From NCBI GenBank assembly GCA_046538485.1, contig JBKHIT010000014.1, forward strand, positions 1 through 64,000: a stretch of 64,000 nucleotides of DNA. The letters are read 5' to 3'. Both the position numbers and the translations under genes were made by a program. The DNA comes from Candidatus Brocadiia bacterium (GTDB taxonomy: Bacteria; Planctomycetota; Brocadiia; SM23-32). Within the stretch, counting starts at the first letter, position 1. Each line of letters opens with the position of its first letter. Shown here in pieces: positions 49,896 to 59,700 of the stretch. The notes beneath the pieces are model-generated. The model made no database searches. It was not told the origin of the DNA and was given only the letters and a program-made list of their open reading frames with translations.

Positions 49896-50909
49896 ATGGA
49901 AACAAAAATTGAACCGTCTGTTGCCGACGAATTTTCGGATTTGATCGATGCTGTCAAGCACGAAATCCACAAGGTGATCGTGGGTCAGGAACAGCTCGTC
50001 AATCAAACTCTCCAGTGCATTTTCTGCCATAATCACGCGCTCCTGATGGGGGTGCCTGGTCTGGCTAAGACATTGCTGGTGACGACGATATCGGAGGTCA
50101 TGGGGGTGAGTTTCCGGCGTATACAGTTTACCCCTGACCTGATGCCGTCGGATATCACCGGCACGGAAGTCCTGCAGGAGGATCCGGAGAGCGGTCAGCG
50201 GGTTTTTGAGTTCGTGGAAGGGCCGCTTTTTGCTAACATGATTCTGGCGGATGAGATCAACCGGACCCCACCAAAGACGCAGGCCGCGCTTCTGGAGGCC
50301 ATGCAGGAGAAGCAGGTGACGATCGGCAATACGAAATATTCGCTCAACCTCCCCTTCTTTGTGCTGGCCACTCAGAACCCGATCGAACAGGAAGGCACGT
50401 ATAATCTCCCCGAAGCCCAGCTCGACCGTTTCATGTATCTGATCAAGGTGGATTATCCCGAAACCGACGAGGAGATCGAGGTTCTTAAGCGGACAACGAC
50501 AAATTATAGTGCGCAACCTGAGCAGATTATGGAAGGGGAAGATATCCTCCGTTATCAGAAAGTCATCCGCGATGTCCTCGTGCGCGATGATCTCTATGAT
50601 TACGTGCTGAAACTGGTGCAGGCAACGAGGGTGGGTAAAGATTACTGTCTGCCGTATGTGGACAAATGGGTGTCCTGGGGAGCGGGACCCCGCGCGTGCC
50701 AGTATCTGCTGTTCGGTTCCAAGGCCCGGGCGTTCTTCCAGGGTCGTCCCCATATTACCACGGAAGATATTCAGGCCGTGGCGAAACCGGTTATGCGGCA
50801 TCGGGTTCTGGTGAACTATGCCGCGATCTCCGAAGGATTGTCCTCCGATGACGTCGTCGAACGTATCCTTGAAGAAGTGCCGGCTCCCGGCGAAACAGTC
50901 AAAGCCTGA
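49896..50909 (+). CDS. moxR: MoxR-family AAA+ ATPase
   Basis: Motifs GVPGLAKT, RIQFTPDLMPSDITG, ILADEINRTPPKTQAALLEAM and ATQNPIEQEGTY.LPEAQLDRF. Confidence 0.97.
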   Translation: METKIEPSVADEFSDLIDAVKHEIHKVIVGQEQLVNQTLQCIFCHNHALLMGVPGLAKTLLVTTISEVMGVSFRRIQFTPDLMPSDITGTEVLQEDPESGQRVFEFVEGPLFANMILADEINRTPPKTQAALLEAMQEKQVTIGNTKYSLNLPFFVLATQNPIEQEGTYNLPEAQLDRFMYLIKVDYPETDEEIEVLKRTTTNYSAQPEQIMEGEDILRYQKVIRDVLVRDDLYDYVLKLVQATRVGKDYCLPYVDKWVSWGAGPRACQYLLFGSKARAFFQGRPHITTEDIQAVAKPVMRHRVLVNYAAISEGLSSDDVVERILEEVPAPGETVKA

Positions 50910-50920
50910 GAGGACTTTCC

Positions 50921-51853
50921 GTGAGCCAATCGTCACAGTCACCTGACAGCGAACCTCGTTCCTTTGAGGAGATTCTGTCTCCCGAAGCAAAGGAAAGCCT
51001 CGAACACCTCCAGCTTTTCGCCCGCCGTACAGTCGAGGGCATTCTCCACGGGATCCATACCAGCCGCCGGATCGGTGTCAGCACTGATTTCGACCATCAT
51101 AAAGAATACCAACCGGGTGACCCTCTCAAGCATATGGACTGGAAGGCTTCGGCACGGCAGGACCGGTATTACATCAAGCGGTACGTGGAGGACACGGCCC
51201 TGACCGTCCGTTTTGTTGTGGACCGCAGCGCCTCAATGTTGCGTTCGACCGACGAGGGACCCAGCAAGTATACTCAGGCGTGCCGCGTGGCGGCTTCCCT
51301 CGCTTACCTTGTGCTGCGCGAACGCGATTCAGCCGGGCTGGTTCTGACCACCTCGGAAGAAACCCGATGGCTGCCGCCCAGCTCCCGCGGCGACCAGCTC
51401 GTTGTGTTTTTAAGCGAACTTGCCAGAAGCAAGCCCGCCGAACAGGATAGTGTGGCTACATGCCTGAGGACAATCCTCGAACGCGGGGAGAAGAAAGGGC
51501 TGGTTGTGACGGTTTCCGACCTGATGTTTGATCCCGAACCGGCCCAGCGGCAACTGGCCAGCCTGATGGCGCAGGGCCACGAAGCCCTGGTTTTCCAGCT
51601 GAGAGATCCTACCGAAGAAGACTTTCCGTTCAACAGGTGGGTCCAGTTCGAAAACCTCGAGGACACCTCTGTCAGCCACAGGATCGACGCGATACCGCTG
51701 AAGAAGATCTACCGGGAGGAGTATCAGAACCTCGTGGAAAACTGGCAAGGGTGGGCCAAGAAACATGGAGCCCACTTTGTGACATTCCGGACCGACCAGC
51801 GGGTGGAAACCGCACTGTCAGAGTATCTCAGGTTCCGCGAACGGCGCGGGTAA
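50921..51853 (+). CDS. DUF58 family vWA-like protein
   Basis: Motifs G.H.SR..G.S.DF, EYQPGD..KHMDWK, DRSASM and VSDL. Confidence 0.93.
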   Translation: MSQSSQSPDSEPRSFEEILSPEAKESLEHLQLFARRTVEGILHGIHTSRRIGVSTDFDHHKEYQPGDPLKHMDWKASARQDRYYIKRYVEDTALTVRFVVDRSASMLRSTDEGPSKYTQACRVAASLAYLVLRERDSAGLVLTTSEETRWLPPSSRGDQLVVFLSELARSKPAEQDSVATCLRTILERGEKKGLVVTVSDLMFDPEPAQRQLASLMAQGHEALVFQLRDPTEEDFPFNRWVQFENLEDTSVSHRIDAIPLKKIYREEYQNLVENWQGWAKKHGAHFVTFRTDQRVETALSEYLRFRERRG

Positions 51854-51916
51854 GAGACCGTCCGTGTGGAACCCTCAAGACCCTGACGAATCCGCCGGCC
51901 TATTTTCTGGTGACCG

Positions 51917-54088
51917 ATGAATTTCGTTAACCCAACAATTCTGTGGGCATTGCCTTTCGGGCTGATGCCTGTCATTATCTATTACCTGATGCGTTACCGC
52001 TCGATGCGCGTTGGGTGGGGGGCGAATTATGTCCTCGAACGCGCCCTGGAACGGTTGCGGAAAAAACTCTACCTCGACCAGCTGATCTTGATCGCAATCC
52101 GTGTGCTGTCCTGTCTGCTGCTGGTGGTGGCGTTTGCCCGCCCGATATCCCGCACCGTCGGCGCCCGCATTTCGGGCAGCGGCCGTCACCATGTGATTAT
52201 AGTCGATGGATCCTATAGCATGCGCGCCGGGGAAAGCGGCCAGACGCGCTGGGATCGGGCCAAAGAAACGATGAAGAAACTGGTCTCGAGCTGGGGGCGC
52301 GGGGAAAAATGGTCCCTTCTGGTTCTGGGACAATCGGGGGCCAGGGAAGATTCCCGCCGGGGAAAATGGGTTGTCGAGGAAGCAACGATCAAATCCCAAC
52401 AGGATGCGATCTCGCAGATTGAGAGCCTGCAACCCGGGGAGTCAGCTTCGTCAATTCGGCGCGCTCTGCAGGACGTGCGCGAAAAATACGGAGCCGATCC
52501 CATTGATGTATATCTTTTTGCGGACGATCAGGCCAGTGCCTGGAAAGAACTCGAAGAATTCCTCGGATCGGGGCGAAACTCCATTCTCGAAAACGAATCT
52601 GGCAAACCCGTCAGTGTCTCCTGGATTAACCCACCGCTTCGCGAGCGCACCAACCTCGCCGTTACCCAGCTGCGCCCCCCCTCAGATGTGATCCTGGCCG
52701 GTCACCCAACGAGAATCTTCGTTGCCGTGCAGAACTTCTCCTCCGAACCCGTGAACGATATCGAAGTGTCGCTGCTTCGCGGCGGCGCACACATTGGAAA
52801 AGATACCATCTCCCTGCTACCCGGCCAGACCCGATGGCTGCACATCGACGTGAAGCTGAAGACGCCCGGATCCCACGTTCTGACGGCCCGGCTGGGCAAA
52901 GACGCGCTTGCTTTCGATAACCGGATGAGCGCGGGTATCCAGGTGCGGGAAGAGATTTCCGTCCTGGTTTTGCGCGACAAAGACGTGACGGGCAAGTTTG
53001 AATCGGCGTGGAGTTTCCTGGAAATCGCGAAGCAAATACAGGAGATCAAAAAGGACGGTGAGCGCATCTTTCGCATGGGCCCCCTCAAGTTTGCGCTGTG
53101 CCCGGGCGAATGCCCCCCGGAAGAACTGAAAAATAGCGATATTGTTTTCCTTGACGGGGGAAAGACGGTTTCGAAGGAACTCGCCGAACGGCTCAGCCAA
53201 TGGGTGAACCGCGGAGGAGGACTCGTGCTGTCGGCGGACGAGACGGTCGAGAAGGACCGCTGGAACGAAGCCTTCGGCCAGAGCGGGCTGTTACCGGGCC
53301 AGCTCGGAAAACTGCGTGCCGAGAGCCTTGGAGGAGATACGTTCCGGTCATTGTCACGGGCTCGGTTCAACTCGTCGGCTTTCCGCATTTTTGAGACCAC
53401 CGACCAGGGCAATGTTTCTGATGCAAAGATCTATGCCTGGCATGAAATAGCTGCGCTTGACGAAAACGCTACCGTCCTGATGGAATATGACGACCAATCG
53501 CCTTTTGCCGTGGCCCGGCGGAAGGGCGTGGGTCGAGTTGTGCTTCTGACAGCCGGCCTGAGTGGACGCAGCAGTAACCTGGTTGTGCGCGAGTTCTACC
53601 TGCCCCTGGTTTATCGCCTTTTTGATGCGGCTGCCGCCGGAACGGTGTACCCTCGGACGGTGAGCACGGGAGAGGATCTGAAGTTGCTTTTGGAGGATCC
53701 GGAAAATCTCCGGGCTGTTACCTATCACCGGGAAGACGGGCGACCCGTCCCGCTTGAGCCTGTCGAGCGCGATGGCTCCACTGAAGTGGTGGTTGGGTCG
53801 GTTCAACACAGCGGTTCGTCCTCAATCCTTCAGGTCCGCCAGGGCGGCACCTCGCGCGTGTGGTACGGAGTTCAGGGACCGCGGGATGATTCTGATCTGC
53901 GGGCGATGGCCCCACAGCTCCGCTCCGCATTGGAAAAATCCCCCAACGTCGCCGAGGTCAGTGGCTGGGCTGAGCTGGAAGAGATTCTGAAAGAAAAAAC
54001 TCGCGGATCGGAATGGCACCATTGGGTCGTAGCGGCGCTTCTGTTGCTGCTGGTCGGCGAAATGTTCGTTGAACGAAGATTTGTGTGA
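51917..54088 (+). CDS. BatA-domain and vWA-domain membrane protein
   Basis: BatA N-terminus MNFVNP..PVIIY..AFARP. MIDAS DGSYS. Ig/CARDB-like domain, GATase-like WVNRGGGLV and a C-terminal TM segment. Confidence 0.88.
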   Translation: MNFVNPTILWALPFGLMPVIIYYLMRYRSMRVGWGANYVLERALERLRKKLYLDQLILIAIRVLSCLLLVVAFARPISRTVGARISGSGRHHVIIVDGSYSMRAGESGQTRWDRAKETMKKLVSSWGRGEKWSLLVLGQSGAREDSRRGKWVVEEATIKSQQDAISQIESLQPGESASSIRRALQDVREKYGADPIDVYLFADDQASAWKELEEFLGSGRNSILENESGKPVSVSWINPPLRERTNLAVTQLRPPSDVILAGHPTRIFVAVQNFSSEPVNDIEVSLLRGGAHIGKDTISLLPGQTRWLHIDVKLKTPGSHVLTARLGKDALAFDNRMSAGIQVREEISVLVLRDKDVTGKFESAWSFLEIAKQIQEIKKDGERIFRMGPLKFALCPGECPPEELKNSDIVFLDGGKTVSKELAERLSQWVNRGGGLVLSADETVEKDRWNEAFGQSGLLPGQLGKLRAESLGGDTFRSLSRARFNSSAFRIFETTDQGNVSDAKIYAWHEIAALDENATVLMEYDDQSPFAVARRKGVGRVVLLTAGLSGRSSNLVVREFYLPLVYRLFDAAAAGTVYPRTVSTGEDLKLLLEDPENLRAVTYHREDGRPVPLEPVERDGSTEVVVGSVQHSGSSSILQVRQGGTSRVWYGVQGPRDDSDLRAMAPQLRSALEKSPNVAEVSGWAELEEILKEKTRGSEWHHWVVAALLLLLVGEMFVERRFV

Positions 54089-54097
54089 GGCTATAGA

Positions 54098-56737
54098 GTG
54101 CAAGCCAGAGAAACCACCCAGTTTGTTTTGCGATTCACGGGCCCGTTTTCGCCGTTGTGGCTCGTCGTGGCCCTGCCGATTTTGCTCGGCCTGGGGTGGT
54201 ACCTTTACAAAAAGCAGGTGGAAGGAGTCGGAAGGGGTACCGCAGCAGGCCTGCTCGCGATCCGTGGTGTTCTGGTCGCCGGCCTGCTGGTGCTTCTGTT
54301 CCGACCCAATCTGGTCCACCGCCGCGTCCTGGAATATCCAGGACGAATTCTGGTCGCTGTGGACGATTCGGAGAGTATCTCGACGTCCGACAACGCCATG
54401 GATATTGGTGAAGCGCTCTACCTGGCCCGCAGTGTCAGCGGGGTGGAGGAACGCGGCGCCCTCTATCACCAGGGCGCTTCGCTCATCGGACAGGCCGTTA
54501 TTCGTCTCAAGAAATTCGAGCGGTACTCCGCTGAAGCCGATAGGAATAAAGACGCGTTCTGGCGGCGGGCGGAGGCGACCCACAAACGGGTGCGCAAACC
54601 GCTTGTGGATGCCGAGAAGTTGCTCTCAACCGCTGATTCCGAACGGAAGATTGAGCTCCAGGATCTGATCTCGGAGTTACGGGAAGATCTGTCCCGGTTT
54701 TTCCAGGGAAGTGAGCACCCCGGAAGATCGGTCTTCGAATCGTATTATTCGGCTGCCGGAGACCTTGTTGAAGAACTTTTGGAAATCCAGGGGAAGATTG
54801 ACCGTGAACGTCTGAAAAATGGCCCCGAAGCCCTCCGTGAGCGGGTCAAAAAGATTCGATCCACACCACGCCTTGGTGTATTGAAGAAAGTGCTGGCCAG
54901 AGTCCCGGAAATGGCTGAAAAGTTTGCGTCCGGGCAGGGTCTGAAATTCGTCCGGCTTATGGGCGAAGACACAGTTGACGCTGAATCTTTTGCTCCCCGG
55001 AATCTGGAGACCCAGCGTGGGCGCACCGATATTCTCGGGACGCTTGAGGCTGCGGTTCGGAAAGACAGCAAATTTCCGCTTTCCGGCGTAATTCTGTTCT
55101 CGGACGGTCGCCATCTCGGAAAAGGTTCGATCGAAAATGTTGTGCAGGAATATTCCCGACGAGACGTCCCAATTTATACCGGCACGATCGGGAGCACCCG
55201 CGAACCGATTGACCTGGCCGTGCTGGAGGTTATCTCGCCGCCCTTCGCTGTGACCGATGTTGAGGCGCGTGTGAAGGTGCGTGTGAAAGCGTCTTTCAAA
55301 GAGCCTCGAAAAGTTGAATTTCGAGTTCGCCGCGGCCAGGACCAGGTCAGTTCGCGGACGATCACACTGGGCGTGGAACCAGTGGAAACAGTGGAACTGC
55401 CATTCAAACCGTCGGAGGCCGGTGTTTTCCGCTACACCGTGGAGGCCGAAGGCCCGGGCGGCGAATCGTTCCCGGTTCGCAACAATCGCATGGATTTTGC
55501 ACTCCACGTCCGATCAGAAAAAATCAGGGTTCTTCTGCTGGATTGGAAACCGCGATGGGAAACACGCTTTGCCCTCAACATCCTGCGCAGGCTCGATTAC
55601 GTGGAACTGAATTCGATCATCGCAGTCGTGCAAAAAGGCGGAAAAGTTCCGCGAGGAGTGCGAAGGGGATCCTGGCCGGAAGATGAAGCCACTCTGGCGA
55701 TGTATGATCTTGTCCTGCTCGGACAAAAAAGCCGCCAAATGTTGACCGATCAAGAATGGGAAAACCTGGCGGAGTACGTCCGGGAGAACGGCGGAACGGT
55801 CGGTCTGTTGAGTCCTGATGTGTATCGGCCAGAGGGCGGATCTCGCGTCCTGCCACCGGACCTGGAGGAGGTTCTGCTGCCGGTGCGAGAAGAAACCCCG
55901 CTAGAACCGTCGACCAACTGGGATTGGAGCTCCCCCAAAGGGCTCAAAGTTGGACCAGCGGGAGTGTTCCACCCGACGACGCGGCAGCTGGCAGCTACAC
56001 TTGCCCGCGGTAAAACGTCCCCTGAAGAGCTACTGGCTCCCGATTCGCTCTCCATGCTTGAAAGAGTCGGAAGTGCAGCTCCTGTTGTTGCCACCCGACT
56101 GGTGGGTAAAGGAAAGGTGTTTCTGATTGGAAACGAAAACCTTTGGAAAGCGCTCAATCCGACGATCCTCGGTGCGCATTCCAGGCTCTACGTGGGATTG
56201 GTGAGTTGGGTCATCGAAGGCGGGCCACCCGTTCCTGAAGAGGAACCAGGACTGTTCCTCGATGAGCGGAGAGGCCTTCGAAGGGATGGAATGCAGGTCT
56301 GGGTGGGTAATGCCGGCGAGAATAACGAGATCGAAGCCGTCGACGGCGATGAGGTCGTTGCCCGGGCCCGGACGTTTTCCACTGGTTCGGCTCTGGCGCG
56401 CGCCGTATTCGATCCGGTCCCGGCACGAAATCTCTTGTTTCGACTCCGAGGCCAGCCTGAAATTGCCAGTCCAGAGGTGGTGGTGACTGAACGATACGAT
56501 GAACTGTCCTATCTCGCGATGAACAAAGAGTTCCTGCAAAGGCTGGCGGACGAAACGGGCGGCGTCTGCCGTCCTTTGGTTGAGTTCGAACATTTCCTGG
56601 CCGGCCTCCAACCAAAGGAACGGGTTGAGACGAACGAACGGATCTGGCAGCTGTGGGATCTGCCATTGATATTGCTTTTTGCCGGACTTCTACTGACGAT
56701 CGAATGGGTTTGGCGTAAACTTGTTGGACTCGTTTAA
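54098..56737 (+). CDS. Membrane protein with split vWA, Ig-like and class I GATase-like domains
   Basis: Two N-terminal TMs ending LFRP. DDSES..TDI..LFSDG. PRWETRF, YVRENGG, LQRLADETGG and C-terminal EWVWRK. Confidence 0.85.
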   Translation: MQARETTQFVLRFTGPFSPLWLVVALPILLGLGWYLYKKQVEGVGRGTAAGLLAIRGVLVAGLLVLLFRPNLVHRRVLEYPGRILVAVDDSESISTSDNAMDIGEALYLARSVSGVEERGALYHQGASLIGQAVIRLKKFERYSAEADRNKDAFWRRAEATHKRVRKPLVDAEKLLSTADSERKIELQDLISELREDLSRFFQGSEHPGRSVFESYYSAAGDLVEELLEIQGKIDRERLKNGPEALRERVKKIRSTPRLGVLKKVLARVPEMAEKFASGQGLKFVRLMGEDTVDAESFAPRNLETQRGRTDILGTLEAAVRKDSKFPLSGVILFSDGRHLGKGSIENVVQEYSRRDVPIYTGTIGSTREPIDLAVLEVISPPFAVTDVEARVKVRVKASFKEPRKVEFRVRRGQDQVSSRTITLGVEPVETVELPFKPSEAGVFRYTVEAEGPGGESFPVRNNRMDFALHVRSEKIRVLLLDWKPRWETRFALNILRRLDYVELNSIIAVVQKGGKVPRGVRRGSWPEDEATLAMYDLVLLGQKSRQMLTDQEWENLAEYVRENGGTVGLLSPDVYRPEGGSRVLPPDLEEVLLPVREETPLEPSTNWDWSSPKGLKVGPAGVFHPTTRQLAATLARGKTSPEELLAPDSLSMLERVGSAAPVVATRLVGKGKVFLIGNENLWKALNPTILGAHSRLYVGLVSWVIEGGPPVPEEEPGLFLDERRGLRRDGMQVWVGNAGENNEIEAVDGDEVVARARTFSTGSALARAVFDPVPARNLLFRLRGQPEIASPEVVVTERYDELSYLAMNKEFLQRLADETGGVCRPLVEFEHFLAGLQPKERVETNERIWQLWDLPLILLFAGLLLTIEWVWRKLVGLV

Positions 56738-56749
56738 CGAGGAATCCAT

Positions 56750-59700
56750 ATGGGATTTCATGTTGACCATCTGCCGAAATCGGTCGGACGGCGCCTGAAA
56801 CAATACCACAGGCGTAAACGTCTGTTTTCTTTCGCACGTGTGGTGATGGGCACGCTGTTGGTTTTGGGCCTTCTGGCCCTGGTGACAATGCACATCGACC
56901 GATTTGCATTCTTATCCTGGAATACCCGCATGGCACTGGTCATCGGCACTTTCTGTGCCTCAGGAACGTACGGGACCGTTTCTCTTATCCGTTTTTTCAT
57001 TCGGAAACCGAGCCCACGGCAAATAGCGTACGAACTGGAGAGCAAACTTCCCCCGGAGGTGGAGGAGAGATTTGTATCGCTTGAGGATATCCTGCGACAT
57101 ACCGATGAGTCGGTTCAGGACGAGGTGGGCGAAAAACTGCTGGACGATCTGAAAAATTCCGCAATCGCACAGAGCGGCGGATTGGCTCCGGCATCGCTCG
57201 TTACCGATCGGAAAGCACGCAACCTTTTCCGGGGCTGTCTTTTCCTTGGAATTGTCTACGCCCTGTTTTTTCTCCCCCAGAGTTACGAGTTTGGGCTCAT
57301 GGGCAAGCGTTTTCTTATGCCCTGGCGAAGAGATCTGCCCAAACCGAGTTTCGTTAAAATCTCGGTCTCACCCGGAAGCGCCATCTTTTTTGTGGAACAA
57401 CCGCAGGAATTTCACGAGCCCCGTGCGGGAGAGATCAAAGCGAAACTGCAAGAAACTCTCGGACGCGAAACCCAGGCAACCTTTGAAGACACATCCCTTA
57501 AAAAAATGACGGGGTGGTTTTCCCAACAGATGGGGGACAAGGTGCAGGTGAAGCTCCTGAACGGGGAATCGATTGAAGACAGGAAAGTGACGCTCGATGC
57601 TCAGGGCACGGTCCGCGAACTGCTGAGCCGACTCTGTCGTGATATGGATCTGGCGTGGACGGGTATCGGCGAGAAAAAAGTGGTTGTAGGGGCGCCTGCG
57701 AGAGTTTGGTTTTCTGGCAAAACCAACTCCCGAACGTCCGAAAAGTTCCGGCGGGAGTTGATGGAGCGATTGAGCACAAACGTGGCCCTGAACTTGCAGG
57801 ATACACCCGCCCCGAAAGCGGCTGATCTTCTCGCGGAACAAGTTGACATTGACATTTCTTTTCCGTCTGAAGGATTCGAAACCAGAACGGTCAACGTGCA
57901 AGGCCGGATGCGGGTTCAAGAGGCGCTTTTCCGAGTTGCAGAAAATACGGGGACCTTCTGGCATGTTGAACAGAATGTTGTGCGGGGGAAGGGGAGCGAA
58001 CTTGTGCTTCAGGCCGAAAGCCGCGGGAGGATGCCCGCAGCAGTGAAGTGGTTGGTAGAAAAACTTGGAGGTTCCACCACTAAATGCTTTATAGCGACCC
58101 GGAATTTGAAAGAAGGGGAGTTTCACTACGGGAAAGCGGAAAAGATAGAAATGAGCCGCGTGCATCGGACGTTGTTTCTGTATTCTGCAACAGATCTTCA
58201 GGAAAGCTTCCACTACCGTGTACGGTATGCCGATGCTCAAACAAAAATCAGGGAAGTTGAGGTCGTGAAACAACCGGAAGTGGTCGATCTGGAACTCACT
58301 CTCACACCACCCGAAAAATATACGACCGTGGAAAAAAAGGTCCTCACCCGTCCCGAAGAAGGGGTTGCTTTCCTGCGCGGCTCGAAAGTGGGGGTCTCGT
58401 TCAAAACTGACCGCCCGGTTGCCGAACGGCGGCTTGAATTCGAAGGAAGAGATGAGCCGATCGTTTTGGAAGCCGAAAGCCATGCGAAACCGGTGCAACA
58501 CGATTTCACGCTCAACGAGAAGGTCAGTTGCACGATCAATGTCGTTGACAGCCGCGGGTTTGAAAACGTCGATAAACCAACGATTACCCTCATTCCGCGG
58601 GAGGATGAAAAACCGACCGTGCAGCTTCTCTACCCGAGCGGAAAACTCCGGAAAGTGCCCGGGGAAATCGTTCCGATGAAAGCTGTTGTGCGGGATGATT
58701 TCGGGATCGCGAAGGTCGACATCCAGTACTATCTCGACCCGGATCGAAAATCGACCGCGAGGGAAATCGATGTTCCTCTTGAGAAGAAACAGGCCCGCGA
58801 ACTGGATATCACTCCGGTGCTGGATCTGGGAGAGACCGGTGCGGCCCCCGGCGACGTGCTGCTGTTGCGGCTGCAGGTGAAAGACAGCGGTGATAACTAC
58901 GGCACCTCGCGCGATATATTTGTGCGGGTCGTTCCGTTCACCCGGGGAGCCAACGAACGACGCCGTATTGCTGCACTTCAGTTCTTCAGAGACGGGTTGC
59001 ACCTGCTGGCCACTACCAAAGAGGCTCCGGGCAACGGCTTCGAGATTGCGGGGGACCTCTACTCTAAACTGCAAGAGATGGCAAAAGAGCATCGTGTCCC
59101 GTTGCGCGATTCTGCCTCTATGCGATCACTGCTCGAGCTGCTGGAAAAAGAACATCATTTCACGGACCAGCCCCGCCACAAGGATGATGTCAGACGGATC
59201 TACGGCATTCTTTATGCCGCCTGTGCCGCCAGCGAGGCAACCAGTGAAAGTGATGGGCAGAAACGCAGAGCTGCACTGAAGAAACTGGCTGAGGAAATTC
59301 TTCCGCCCCTCATCAACTATCGCCAGGTTAAGAACCTCACCTGGCGCTTTTTCGGCATGAAATACGAAGCCGAAAATATCGGGTCCAAACTGGAGAAATT
59401 GGCCGCCCTGGAAAAACCACCCGCCCAGGAACGAAAATCTGTCCAGCGCCGCGCTGAGCTCTACCTGACCAGTCTTCAGGACCTCGGCGACGAGCTGATA
59501 CGTTTGAGCCGACGTTCTGAGAGCCTGGCGGAGGAGAAAATCTCGCCCACAATCGGTGAGTTGAACACGGCCGGTTATTACCTGCGAATGGGGTCGCTTA
59601 AGGCCCGATCAAATTCTTGCGCCAAAGTGCGGGCGTTGATTCCCGACCTGCTGGTGATTTGCCAGCGCGCTATGCCTGTTCTCCAGAAGGGCGAAACCAC

